Under the pieces are notes generated by a model, which did no database searches, was not told the DNA's origin, and saw only the letters and a program-made list of their open reading frames with translations. A DNA stretch of 64,000 nt, taken from contig NC_090335.1 of NCBI RefSeq assembly GCF_035084215.1, forward strand, positions 67,084,001 to 67,148,000, written 5' to 3'. The position numbers and the translations under genes were made by a program. Below, piece after piece: positions 1-11,031 of the stretch (position 1 is its first letter; the number at the start of each line of letters is the position of its first letter). This stretch comes from Heptranchias perlo. Lineage: Eukaryota.

Positions 1-907
1 GCATAACGCACTCCAGCCTGGGCAGGGCTGCGCATAATGCACTCCAGCCTGGGCAGGGCCGCGCATAACGCACTCCAGCCTGGGCAGGGCCGCGCATAAC
101 GCACTCCAGCCTGGGCAGGGCCAGGCATAATGCACTCCAGCCTGGGCAGGACCGCGCATAACGCACTCCAGCCCGGGCAGGGCCGCGCATAACGCACTCC
201 AGGCTGGGCAGGGCCGCGCATAACGCACTCCAGCCTGGGCAGGGCCGCGCATAACGCACTGCCGCCTCGGCAGGGGCGTGCATAACGCACTCCAGCCTGG
301 GCAGGGCCGCGCATAACGCACTCCAGCCTGGGCAGGGCCGTGCATAACGCACTCCAGCCTGGGCAGGGCCGCGCATAACGCACTGCCGCCTCGGCAGGGC
401 CGCGCATAACGCACTCCAGCCTGGGCAGGGCCGCGCATAACGCACTGCCGCCTCGGCAGGGCCGCGCATAACGCACTCCAGCCTGGGCAGGGCCGCGCAT
501 AACGCACTCCAGCCATGGCACGGCCGCGCATAACGCACTCCAGCCTGGGCAGGGCCGCGCATAACGCACTCCAGCCTGGGCAGGGCCGCGCATAACGCAC
601 TCCAGCCTGGGCAGGGCCGCGCATAACGCACTGCCGCCTCGGCAGGGCCGCGCATAACGCACTCCAGCCTGGGCAGGGCCGCGCATAACGCACTCCAGCC
701 TGGGCACGGCCGCGCCTAACGCACTCCAGCCTGGGCAGGGCCGCGCATAACGCACTCCAGCCTGGGCAGGGTCGCGCATAACGCACTCCAGCCTGGGCAG
801 GGCCGCGCATAACGCACTGCCGCCTCGGCAGGGCCGCGCATAACGCACTGCCGCCTCGGCAGGGCCGCGCATAACGCACTGCCGCCTCGGCAGGGCCGCG
901 CATAACA
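1..907. repeat. 31-bp GC/CpG-rich minisatellite (GCATAACGCACTCCAGCCTGGGCAGGGCCGC), about 29 units, runs off the window start
   Basis: Direct tandem repeats; two unit variants (…CTCCAGCCTGGGCAG… and …CTGCCGCCTCGGCAG…). Confidence 0.97.
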
Positions 908-1199
908 TAAACCTGTAGCACAACTCTATCTAAAACACTCCAGCCTGCGCACAACCATATGTTCACAATGGGGAGGATCATGGGTTCATTGGAAGAATAA
1001 GCTAGACAGGTTGAATAGCCTCCCTTAACACGACTTAATTTGTAATCACCACTGCGGAGGACATTTGGACAATTGTGAGGGGGCAGGAAGTATGTGGGTC
1101 GAAGGCAGCCATATTTTTTCAGCATTTCAGCCATGCTTTCCCTCTGATGAAACAATTCCAGAATATAGAACAGGGACAGAAAAGGGTAAAGTGAACATT

Positions 1200-1450
1200 A
1201 GAAATCTGGAATAAAAACAGCAAATATTATCAACACATAGCTTGTCAGTCAGCATCAGAAAGAGGCAAGATAGGTGGGGTAAATTTTCCAGGGATTTTCT
1301 GATACGCTCTGGCGATGGGTGACCTTTTCACTGGTTCAGACTCAGATGGTTTAGGCTGGTGTTTCAGGTGGGACTCTTCATCTGAACTTTTCTGAAGAGC
1401 CTGAGAAACCAGCTGTGCATTTCCAGCTATTTCTATATTTTTTTTATTTT
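1200..1450. mobile_element. Degenerate inverted Penelope pLTR remnant
   Basis: AAAACAGCAAATATT…CAGCATC and the opposite-facing …CATTTCCAGC…TTT resemble the pLTR ends at 54927/55620. Confidence 0.35.
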
Positions 1451-1589
1451 ATGCAAAACTGGGAGGTTGTACAAACCAATGGATGGCACCAGGAATGCCT
1501 GGCAGTGGGATTCTGACTCTAGATTTCAGCATAAAAAATATGTCCGACAGCAACTGCAGCACAAAGTACCTATGTAAAGAAAGTGGGAA

Positions 1590-2002
1590 GAATTTACATT
1601 TATATAGCTCCTTTCACATCTTCAGAGCATTCCAAAATGCCGTACAGCCAATCACTTAGTTTTTCTGCAGTGTAGTCACTGTTATGCAGCAAACGGGAGC
1701 CAATTTGTACACAGCAAGTTCCTACAAACAGCAAATGAGATGAAAACGAGATGATCTGTTTTAATTGTATTGAATCACGGATAAATGTTAGCCAGGACAA
1801 CTCCCCTGCTCTTTTTAAAATGGTACAATCCAACTTAATAGATGGATAGGAGCTCAGTTTAACTTCTCATCCTCGAGCAATGTAGCACTCCCTCAGTACT
1901 GCAATGAAGCATTAGTCATAGATTATGTGATCAAGCCCTAAAGTGGAGCTTGAACCTATGAGCTTCTGGCTTAAGAGGTCCACAGACTGAGCCAAGCTGA
2001 CA
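1590..2002 (-). mobile_element. DeuSINE (SacSINE1-like) tRNA-SINE, diverged
   Basis: Collinear with the better copy at 51085-51545 (ATTTATATAGC…CTCCCTCAGTACTGCA…TTGAACC…CTGAGCCAAGCTGAC). Confidence 0.75.
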
Positions 2003-2159
2003 TTGCCTATAGCCATACCACAATGCTCCAGTTCAGCAACCACAGCTTGAGTGACTCAGCCCGAGTTTCAGTCTCAGAGAGCAGCATTGAGGAATCTCAA
2101 AATTCTCAGCACTCAACCTCTTCAGCTATAACTCTAACCTTAAAAACAAAATCATCCAG

Positions 2160-2560
2160 CTTCCCAAATGGTTCAATAGTGTAAGTGCTCTGCCTGCTGT
2201 GGAACTGAGCCATATAGAGGATGAAGGCTCCAAGTTTCATTCTCTGGCTCTGCTAAGTTAGCTAATATCAGTCAGGTTGGCAATGTAAGTGCAACAATTA
2301 GCTTCAGCATTCCTGGGCAAGGAATGTGAAAAAAAAATGTCAGGATTCCTGCTCCTGACTATTATCCCATTACCTCATTGGAAAGTTTGCGTGTGCAAAC
2401 GTCAGGAAAGGATGGAATCGGATTGAGCTGTGAGGTCCTACATTGTCAAATAGCTTCCCGACACTCACTATCTAAGGCTCACACCAGTTGGGCGATATAT
2501 TGGGTGGGGACTGCACTCACCCAGTGGAATTGTCCCCAGAATGGGAGAGACGCTTTAGAA
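2160..2560 (+). mobile_element. AmnSINE2-like ancient SINE
   Basis: GCTAAGTTAGCTAATATCAG…CAATTAGCTTCAGC…GACACTCACTATCTAAGGCTCACAC; collinear with 57900-58190 and 61400-61790. Confidence 0.65.
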
Positions 2561-3711
2561 CACGAGGGGAGGAAATGAGATAGGTAACATTTTTATAAAA
2601 CAAAGTACTCCTGAGAATTAAAAAAAGAACTTAATGAACTAAACAAGACTGTAATACAATCTACTGAAAAAAATAAACAATTATGACGATGATATAAAAC
2701 TGCCGGCATCAGTTTATTTATGGACAATTTATTTTTAGGTAAAGCTAAGAAGACTGAGCATGAACGCTCTACTGTAATCACTCTTAACTACTGCTTTATA
2801 TTACCACAGTGCTGTAAAATACTGCATGTTTTTACCTGGCTAAGGACAACTAAAGCATAGTATGCATAAACCAGGGGCATCTAGGTAGCAACACTCAGAT
2901 TGGTTTCAGTTTTTCACTCAAACCATAATAATAATCTAAATTTGAAGCATTAGCCAGTAAAGTACATTGATGGGATGCGCAAGATTGGCAGGGAGAGCTC
3001 ACTTTGGCCTCAAGAGGAAAGATACACAGATATTCGTTTCTGCCTTGATCATTTTACATTAGACAAGCATGGAAAGTGAACAGAGAAGCTAGACCAGCAC
3101 TATGAGAAGAGAGTATAGCTATATTAACAAAAGACTACTTGCCATTCTGCTCCAGGTGTCAACATCAAAAACTCAGGGATGAAGAGGGGAAGCAACGAAT
3201 TGTCTTGCAATGTGCTACCAATTAAAATGGTACTGCACATGTGCAGAATCGAAGGGCAGTAAAGTGACACTGTGTGCATGTGCAGCGTTGCCTTCTTAAA
3301 GGGAGAGACAGATCAGAATGAGAATCAGTGCAACTGGGTGACGATTTTGCCTTGTTTCCTGACAGTAATTCTCAGCTGGAGCAAACCTAAAAATAACTTG
3401 GTGATATTGGCATATGAAAACTTAACCCGTTCGTGTGACATTCCTGTGCCCACTATTTTAACAGAGTAAGTAGTCTGTTTATTTTAAAATAACTTGGTTA
3501 ACCCCTTCATTAAAATAGCAGGGAGAACTGTCATAAGAACATGTTCAGGGTTTATACTCTAATATCAGCAATATTCCATTCATTTTTTTTCCAGTTTTCT
3601 CCCTAGCTGCACTGAAGGTGCTGATTCAATGTTGAGGAATAAATATTCCTTTGCATTGCATTTAATAATGAACCAAGGCAGAACGTCTAATCATAGAACC
3701 ATAGAATCAGT

Positions 3712-3990
3712 GGCCTAGAAATACGAGCACTTAGCGGCCTGCCATGTCCCCAATATGGCAGGCAGGAAGCATGCGCGCACGTTTGGTGGGAAGTGCGCCA
3801 CCCACGATATTGATAGAGGAGGTCCCACTGGTGGCAGGAACGCATGCCAGCAGCATTCTAAATAGAAATAATGTATTTGAATTAGGGTCCTGCGCTTTCT
3901 GCTGGATCCATTTTCCATGTTGGACCGCCCCAGCACTTCACTCGCCATGTGCTGACCTCGCACAGCACAACCTGATTAGTGTCCAGCTAT
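3712..3990. mobile_element. End of a non-autonomous Harbinger-type DNA transposon
   Basis: Begins GGCCTAGAAAT, like the TIRs at 27959 and 53707; shares CCAATATGG…GGCAGGAAG with 28020. Confidence 0.45.
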
Positions 3991-4049
3991 TTTCACCACT
4001 CTGAAGCATTTTGGGATGTTTTATTATGTTAAAGGTCCTACACAAGTAC

Positions 4050-5269
4050 AAGTTGTAACTCCAAATACATTTTGAAGTCTACCATCGTGTTCCTCTTTGG
4101 ACCAACCTCACAGTGTCAGTGTTATGTCATCCATCGATGCGTCAACACCGTCAATATGCACACATAGCACATGGCTAGTTTTGTGCTATACTTCCAGAAC
4201 TGAAACAGTACGAAACGGAAGCTGCAAGAATCTGTACCTCACATGAGTTACCTGAACAGGGTTAACTTGGAACTTGCTTCATATGATTTGAGTTGCTAGA
4301 AGGCTAGGATTTATCTAACCCATTAAACTATTTGCACACTACAAAAGCAGGTCAGAGGCTGGGTATTCTGTGACGAGCGACTCACCTCCTGACTCCTCAA
4401 AGCCTTTCCACCATCTACAAGGCACAAGTCAGGAGTGTGATGGAATACTCTCCACTTGCCTGGATGAGTGCAGCTCCAACAACACTCAAGAAGCAGCCTG
4501 CGTGATTGGCACCCCATCCACCACCCTAAACATTCACTCCCCTCACCACCAGCGCACTTGGTGCAGTGTGTACCATCTACGGGATCCATTGCAGCAACTC
4601 GCCAAGGCTTCTTCAACAGCACCTCCTAAACCCGCGACCTCTACCACCTAGAAGGACAAGGGCAGCAGGCGCATGGGAACACCACCACCTGCACGTTCCC
4701 CTCCAAGTCACACACCATCCCTACTTGGAAATATATCTCCGTTCCTTCATCGTCGCTGGGTCAAAATCCTGGAACTCCCTTCCTAACAGCACTGTGGGAG
4801 AACCGTTACCACACGGACTGCAGCGGTTCAAGAAGGCGGCTCACCACCACCTTCTCAAGGGCAATTAGGGATGGGCAATAAATGCCGGCCTCGCCAGCGA
4901 CGCCCACATCCCATAAATGAATAAAAAAAATAAGCAAACTGTGCCATGAATTCCTCACAATTGACAACTTGAAATGTTCCCATTTAATAGCCCTGTTTAG
5001 GTCTCTGTTGTCCAAGCAAATTCACAATTTACTAATTCTCTTGATTATGTTCAGGCATTCTGACAATTCATCTATTTTGTTTATGACCACTCAGTCTTCC
5101 ATTTTATGAAGCTCCATTTTACATTTTTTCCCCGCAGTACAACTGGTACTTTTCCATGGATCAATAGATATATACTGAGGTAATTTGTTTATAACCAGTG
5201 TTTTTCTGGCAAACAACCCCATCCTTGAAATAGATCCTTGTATTTTGGTGTAAGTGTTCCAGATCCTGT
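4050..5269 (-). pseudogene. Ancient Gypsy LTR retrotransposon pol fragment (RT), interrupted by a LINE at 4340-4931
   Basis: Minus-strand motifs YKDLFQGWGCLP, CLDNRDLNRAIKWEHFKL and HIDGVDASMDDI (YxDD-equivalent). Confidence 0.7.
4340..4931 (+). mobile_element. 5'-truncated copy of the tRNA-headed LINE family (RT C-terminus, 3' UTR, A tail)
   Basis: Near-identical to 10485-11090; ends …HHHLLKGN* then ATGAATAAAAAAAA. Confidence 0.95.
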
Positions 5270-5521
5270 AGGCATGATTTTGACCTGGAGCCGGGAACTC
5301 AGTGGGTGGGTTGATTTTCGCGTGGGAAACCCGGACGTGAAGTGAGTGTGTCGGAATCTGCGATCGCAACTTAATTGAAGGCAATTATTTTTGCTTCCGG
5401 GTTTCGCGACTCCAAGCCGCGCAGTGGGCACCATGCGCACCCGCATGACACAATCTGAAGTCCATTATTTAAAGGGCCAATGCAAAAATGGATTTTGCAG
5501 GCGAAAGGAGGAAATAAAGCT

Positions 5522-7121
5522 ATGGATTCAAAGAGAGCAAGGGCAGCACCCAGGTTCACGGATGCTTCACTTGAAGTACTGCTGGGTGCAGTGAGAACCA
5601 AGAGGGAGATAATTTATCCCAGCACTGGGAGAAAGAAACCTGGTTTGGCTACCAAGAAGGCGTGGCTGGAGGTGACAGAAGAGGTGAGCAGCAGGAGCAT
5701 GGTGCCCAGTTCTTGGCTGCAGTGCAGGAAATGGTTTAATGGCCTAACCAGGTCAGCAAAAGTGAGTACAGTTGCTGATTCACCCATATCCTGTGGTGTA
5801 CAACAATCCCCCTCTCACTCTGTCTTGGTAAATGTACTCCATCACATCACTCCTCACACCCACTTAAATTTCAACAGCAACGATCCTTCACTTTCTATGC
5901 ACTTCCTCACCTCACCATTTATCCACCCATCACTGACACTCACCCCAATCCTGATGCAGTGTGATGCATCTGTCTGATAGTCACCCTCACCCAATGCACT
6001 GCATCCATTGGGTGAAACGTCACCTTCAGTCACTCACAGGTCTGTTCTTTCACCCTTTGTAGGAGAAGAGAGCGCAAAACACAAGGGGTAGGGTGAGGAC
6101 TGGAGGTGGCCCTCCACAAATTGTCGAGCTGACAGATGCAGAGGAGGAGGCCATGAAGATAAGTGGCACACTTGCATCCCTATCCATCGGAGATGGAGAC
6201 ACTGGGAATTCGCATATGCCTGGGGACAGAACTTAAACATTTTTCAAACACATCATTCCATCAATGACTGAACTATGAGAAACCTGAGTATGGTGATTGG
6301 CAAGATTTTTACTTTTCCATGACTAATTAATATCGCTTTCTGTGGCCTTCCATGGCCTTCATGCGTAGAAGAAGGATGTGCAGAGATGGATGACATCGAT
6401 TCCTCAGAGGAGCTCATTTCTTCTGAGGGTGCACCATCACAGGACATACAGCCATGCACCAGCACTGATACTCGCACTTTGGTGGGTCCTGTCAGACTGT
6501 TAGTTGGGTTGTCACCTGGTGATTCACAACTCACAAGTGAGCATGAGCAGACACTGGTGGCAGGGGCAGCTGTGGAAAGTCTGCATTGGAGGGCACACTC
6601 CTCTTTAAGTTCTGCTCATCTGGACACAGATGCAGAACCCCAGGGGTCATTGAGAATGAGAATGATTGAGATACAGCTGCACCTTTGCGAGGTACTGGAA
6701 AATGTGCCATGCACACACTCCACAGTGGCAGAGAGGATCGAGGAGTCCATTGATATTGGAGGTAATTGCGAGAATGTCTGCCATGGAGAGAGTGGCGGCC
6801 TCCATGGAGCTTCAAGTACGGCTGTCAAATGAGTCCATGCAGGCCATGACCACGGCCGTGCAGACTTTGGAAGCCAGCATGTCTGCCGCCTTAAACAGGA
6901 TGACAGAAACTTCATCTGTGGTCTTACAGAATGTCACAGATGAGCACCAAGCTGCTCTCCAGAGGGATGATGGCGAAAGGGGACATGGAAGTGGGGACTT
7001 CATTCAAAGCGCTTCCATATCTCACCCATTGACCCCCCTCAACCAGTACCTGAAATGCTGCCTCCTCTCCCGATGGTCGCGTCTGCACTTGCACAGGTGC
7101 TCCAAAACCCAGAGGTCGTAG
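5522..7121 (+). pseudogene. Harbinger Myb/SANT-like DNA-binding protein (exon 5522-5761, exon from 6063, then a frameshifted C-terminal region)
   Basis: MDSKRARAAPRFTDASLEVLL…KKAWLEV…CRKWFNGL; GTGAGT donor at 5762; TTTGTAG acceptor followed by EKRAQN…RTGGGPP. Confidence 0.85.
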
Positions 7122-7745
7122 GCCAAAAGCATCTCAGCAGTCAGGGCAGGGATCTGAACAGCCTGCCATTACCTCTGCTGAAGTCACAGGGGATGCACCT
7201 TGTAGAAGCGGTAGGAAACGTTCATGCAATTGCAGTTCACCAAGAGTATGCACAAGGATGGCACAAGGATGGCTGATAAGTTGTTAAGTTTTCTTTTCTT
7301 TTGATTGGCACATTAAATGTATTGATTAGCATCACTTCCACGTCTTGGCCATTATTGCATCCTGAGTGTTAAGTCGCCCTTTCATTTGTTTCGTGATGAA
7401 TGCCAATACATGATGGTACCCATTAGGCAGATGTGCAATGGGTGTATGTGTGGTTGAAGGACCGTTTTGTGTAAAGGATGGGGGGATTGGTTGTAGTGGT
7501 GATTGTGCCAAGCAGCCTGAGTATCTCAATGTCTCTTTTTCCACTGTTATTAAGCGAAACTATGAGGGCATCCTTGGCACCCCAGGCAGCGATTTGTGCG
7601 GCTGCTCTGGCGGTGGATGCACCATTATCAGAATCCTCTTCCTCGTCCTCCCCCTTGTCCTCCTCATCCTCTTCCTCTTCTTCAATGTTGATGCCATCAG
7701 AGAATGCTTGATGAATGCCTTCGCCCTCCTCCACCCCGGGTACGG

Positions 7746-7818
7746 TAGCATAGTGGTTATGTTACTGGGCTAGTAATCCAGAGGCCTGGACTAAAATCCA
7801 GAGTCATGAGTTCAAATC
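7746..7818 (+). promoter_or_regulatory. RNA polymerase III type-2 internal promoter (A box TAGCATAGTGG 7746-7756; B box GTTCAAATC 7810-7818)
   Basis: Matches TRGCNNARYGG and GWTCRANNC consensus; duplicated anticodon-arm-like segment between the boxes. Confidence 0.75.
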
Positions 7819-8109
7819 CTGCCACGGCAGCTGGCGAATTTAAATTCAATTAATTAATTAAATTCAATTAATTTAATTAATTAAATTCAATTAATTAAAT
7901 AAAAATCTGGAATTAAAATACTAGTATCAGTAATGATGGCCATGAAACTACCAGATTGTCGTAAAAACCCATCTGGTTCACTAATGTCCTTGAGGGAAGG
8001 AAGCCTGCCGCCCTTACCCGGTCTGGCCAATATGTGACTCCAGACCCACAGCAATGTGGTTGATTCTTAATTGCCCTCTGAAATGGCCCAGCAAGCCACT
8101 CAGTTGTAA

Positions 8110-11031
8110 AATCTCGCTACGAAAAGTCAGAAAAAGAATAAAACCGGACGGACCACCCGGCATCGGACCACTCGGCACCGGACACGACAACGGCAAAACA
8201 CCAAGCCCAGTCGACCCTGCAAGGTCCTCCTTACTAACATCTGGGGACTTGTGCCAAAATTGGGAGAGCTGTCCCACAGACCAGTCAAGCAACAGCCTGA
8301 CATAGCCATACTCACAGAATCATACCTTTCAGCCAACGTCCCAGACTCTTCCATCACCATCCCTGGGTATGTCCTGTCCCACCGGCAGGACAGACCCACC
8401 AGAGGTGGCGGTACAGTGATATACAGTCAGGAGGGAGTGGCCCTGGGAGTCCTCAACATTGACTCTGGACCCCATGACATCTCATGGCATCAGGTCAAAC
8501 ATGGGCAAGGAAACCTCCTGCTGATTACCACCTACCGTCCTCCCTCAGCTGATGAATCAGTCCTCCTCCATGTTGAACGCCACTTGGAGGAAGCACTGAG
8601 GGGAGCAAGGGCACAAAATGTACTCTGGGTGGGGGACTTCAATGTCCATCATCAAGAGTGGCTCGGCAGCACCACTACTGACCGAGCTGGCCGAGTCCTG
8701 AAGGACATAGCTGCTGGACTGGGCCTGCGGCAGGTGGTGAGCGAACCAACAGGAGGGAAAAACTTACTTGACCTCGTCCTCACCAATCTACCTGTTGCAA
8801 ATGCATCTGTCCATGACAGTATTGGTAGGAGTGACCACCGCACAGTCCTCGTGGAGATGAAATCCCGTCTTCGCACTGAGGACACCATCCAACGTGTTGT
8901 GTGGCACTACCACCGTGCTAAATGGGATAGATTCAGAACAGATCCAGCAGCTCAAAAGTGGGCATCCATGAGGCGCTGTGGGCCATCAGCAGCAGCAGAA
9001 TTGTATTCCAGCACAATCTGTAACCTCATGGCCCGGCATATTCCTCACTCTACCATTACCAACAAGCCAGGGGATCAACCCTGGTTCAATGAGGAGTGTA
9101 GAAGAGCATGCCAGGAGCAGCACCAGGCGTACCTAAAAATGAGGTGCCAACCTGGTGAAGCGACAACTCAGGACTACATGCATGCTAAACAGCGGAAGCA
9201 ACATGCTATAGACAGAGCTAAGCGATTCCACAACCAACGGATCAGATCAAAGCTCTGCAGTCCTGCCACATCCAGTCGTGAATGGTGGTGGACAATTAAA
9301 CAACTAACGGGAGGAGGAGGCTCTGCAAACATCCCCATTCTCAATGATGGCGGAGTCCAGCACGTGAGTGCAAAAGACAAGGCTGAAGCGTTTGCAACCA
9401 TCTTCAGCCAGAAGTGCCGAGTGGATAATCCATCTCAGCCTCCTCCCAATATCCCCACCATCACGGAAGCCAGTCTTCGGCCAATTCGATTCACTCCACG
9501 TGATATCAAGAAACGGCTGAGTGCACTGGATACAGCAAAGGCTATGGGCCCTGACAACATCCCAGCTGTAGTGCTGAAGACTTGTGCTCCAGAACTAGCT
9601 GCGCCTCTCGCCAAGCTGTTCCAGTACAGCTACAACACTGGCATCCACCCGACAATGTGGAAAATTGCCCAGGTATGTCCTGTCCACAAAAAGCAGGACA
9701 AATCTAATCCGGCCAATTACCGCCCCATCAGTCTACTCTCAATCATCAGCAAAGTGATGGAAGGTGTCGTCGACAGTGCTATCAAGCAGCACTTACTCAT
9801 CAATAACCTGCTCACCGATGCTCAGTTTGGGTTCCGCCAGGACCACTCGGCTCCAGACCTCATTACAGCCTTGGTCCAAACATGGACAAAAGAGCTGAAT
9901 TCCAGAGGTGAGGTGAGAGTGACTGCCCTTGACATCAAGGCAGCATTTGACCGAGTGTGGCACCAAGGAGCCCTAGTAAAATTGAAGTCAATGGGAATCA
10001 GGGGGAAAACTCTCCAGTGGCTGGAGTCATACCTAGCACAAAGGAAGATGGTAGTGGTTGTTGGAGGCCAATTATCTCAGCCCCAGGGCATTGCTGCAGG
10101 AGTTCCTCAGGGCAGTGTCCTAGGCACAACCATCTTCAGCTGCTTCATCAATGACCTTCCCTCCATCATAAGGTCAGAAATGGGGATGTTCGCTGATGAC
10201 TGCACAGTGTTCAGTTCCATTCGCAACCCCTCAGATAATGAAGCAGTCCGAGCCTGCATGCAGCAAGACCTGGACAACATCCAGGCTTGGGCTGATAAGT
10301 GGCAAGTAACATTCGCGCCAGATAAGTGCCAGGCAATGACCATCTCCAACAAGAGAGAGTCTAACCACCTCCCCTTGACATTCAACGGCATTACCATCGC
10401 CGAATCCCCCACCATCAACATCCTGGGGGTCACCATTGACCAGAAACTTAACTGGACCAGCCATATAAATACTGTGGCTACGAGAGCAGGTCAGAGGCTG
10501 GGTATTCTGCGGCGAGTGACTCACCTCCTGACTCCCCAAAGCCTTTCCACCATCTACAAGGCACAAGTCAGGAGTGTGATGGAATACTCTCCACTTGCCT
10601 GGATGAGTGCAGCTCCAACAACACTCAAGAAGCTCGACACCATCCAAGATAAAGCAGCCCGCTTGATTGGCACCCCATCCACCACCCTAAACATTCACTC
10701 CCTTCACCACCGGCGCACTGTGGCTGCAGTGTGCACCATCCACAGGATGCACTGCAGCAACTCGCCAAGGCTTCTTCGACAGCACCTCCCAAACCCGCGA
10801 CCTCTACCACCTAGAAGGACAAGGGCAGCAGGCACATGGGAACAACACCACCTGCACGTTCCCCTCCAAGTCACACACCATCCTGACTTGGAAATATATC
10901 GCCGTTCCTTCATCGTCGCTGGGTCAAAATCCTGGAACTCCCTTCCTAACAGCACTGTGGGAGAACCGTCACCACACGGACTGCAGCGGTTCAAGAAGGC
11001 AGCTCACCACCACCTTCTCGAGGGCAATTAG
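8110..11031 (+). CDS. Uninterrupted APE endonuclease-reverse transcriptase ORF (open from 8110; no AUG until 8857)
   Basis: TNIWGL, LTES, GDFN, LDLVLT, SDH (APE); NYRPISLL, QFGFR, LDIKAAFDRVWH, GVPQGSVLG, FADD (RT); 926 aa from GTG 8251. Confidence 0.95.
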   Translation, partial: NLATKSQKKNKTGRTTRHRTTRHRTRQRQNTKPSRPCKVLLTNIWGLVPKLGELSHRPVKQQPDIAILTESYLSANVPDSSITIPGYVLSHRQDRPTRGGGTVIYSQEGVALGVLNIDSGPHDISWHQVKHGQGNLLLITTYRPPSADESVLLHVERHLEEALRGARAQNVLWVGDFNVHHQEWLGSTTTDRAGRVLKDIAAGLGLRQVVSEPTGGKNLLDLVLTNLPVANASVHDSIGRSDHRTVLVEMKSRLRTEDTIQRVVWHYHRAKWDRFRTDPAAQKWASMRRCGPSAAAELYSSTICNLMARHIPHSTITNKPGDQPWFNEECRRACQEQHQAYLKMRCQPGEATTQDYMHAKQRKQHAIDRAKRFHNQRIRSKLCSPATSSREWWWTIKQLTGGGGSANIPILNDGGVQHVSAKDKAEAFATIFSQKCRVDNPSQPPPNIPTITEASLRPIRFTPRDIKKRLSALDTAKAMGPDNIPAVVLKTCAPELAAPLAKLFQYSYNTGIHPTMWKIAQVCPVHKKQDKSNPANYRPISLLSIISKVMEGVVDSAIKQHLLINNLLTDAQFGFRQDHSAPDLITALVQTWTKELNSRGEVRVTALDIKAAFDRVWHQGALVKLKSMGIRGKTLQWLESYLAQRKMVVVVGGQLSQPQGIAAGVPQGSVLGTTIFSCFINDLPSIIRSEMGMFADDCTVFSSIRNPSDNEAVRACMQQDLDNIQAWADKWQVTFAPDKCQAMTISNKRESNHLPLTFNGITIAESPTINILGVTIDQKLNWTSHINTVATRAGQRLGILRRVTHLLTPQSLSTIYKAQVRSVMEYSPLAWMSAAPTTLKKLDTIQDKAARLIGTPSTTLNIHSLHHRRTVAAVCTIHRMHCSNSPRLLRQHLPNPRPLPPRRTRAAGTWEQHHLHVPLQVTHHPDLEIYRRSFIVAGSKSWNSLPNSTVGEPSPHGLQRFKKAAHHHLLEGN

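Noticed and set aside
1-907. Possible CRISPR array (also 15074-15513 and 17748-19638)
   Set aside because: Head-to-tail repeats with no unique spacers, no cas genes, vertebrate context.
7738-7830. Functional tRNA gene
   Set aside because: Duplicated arm, poor acceptor stem, no T-run terminator; it continues as the retroelement head and is shared with the SINE.
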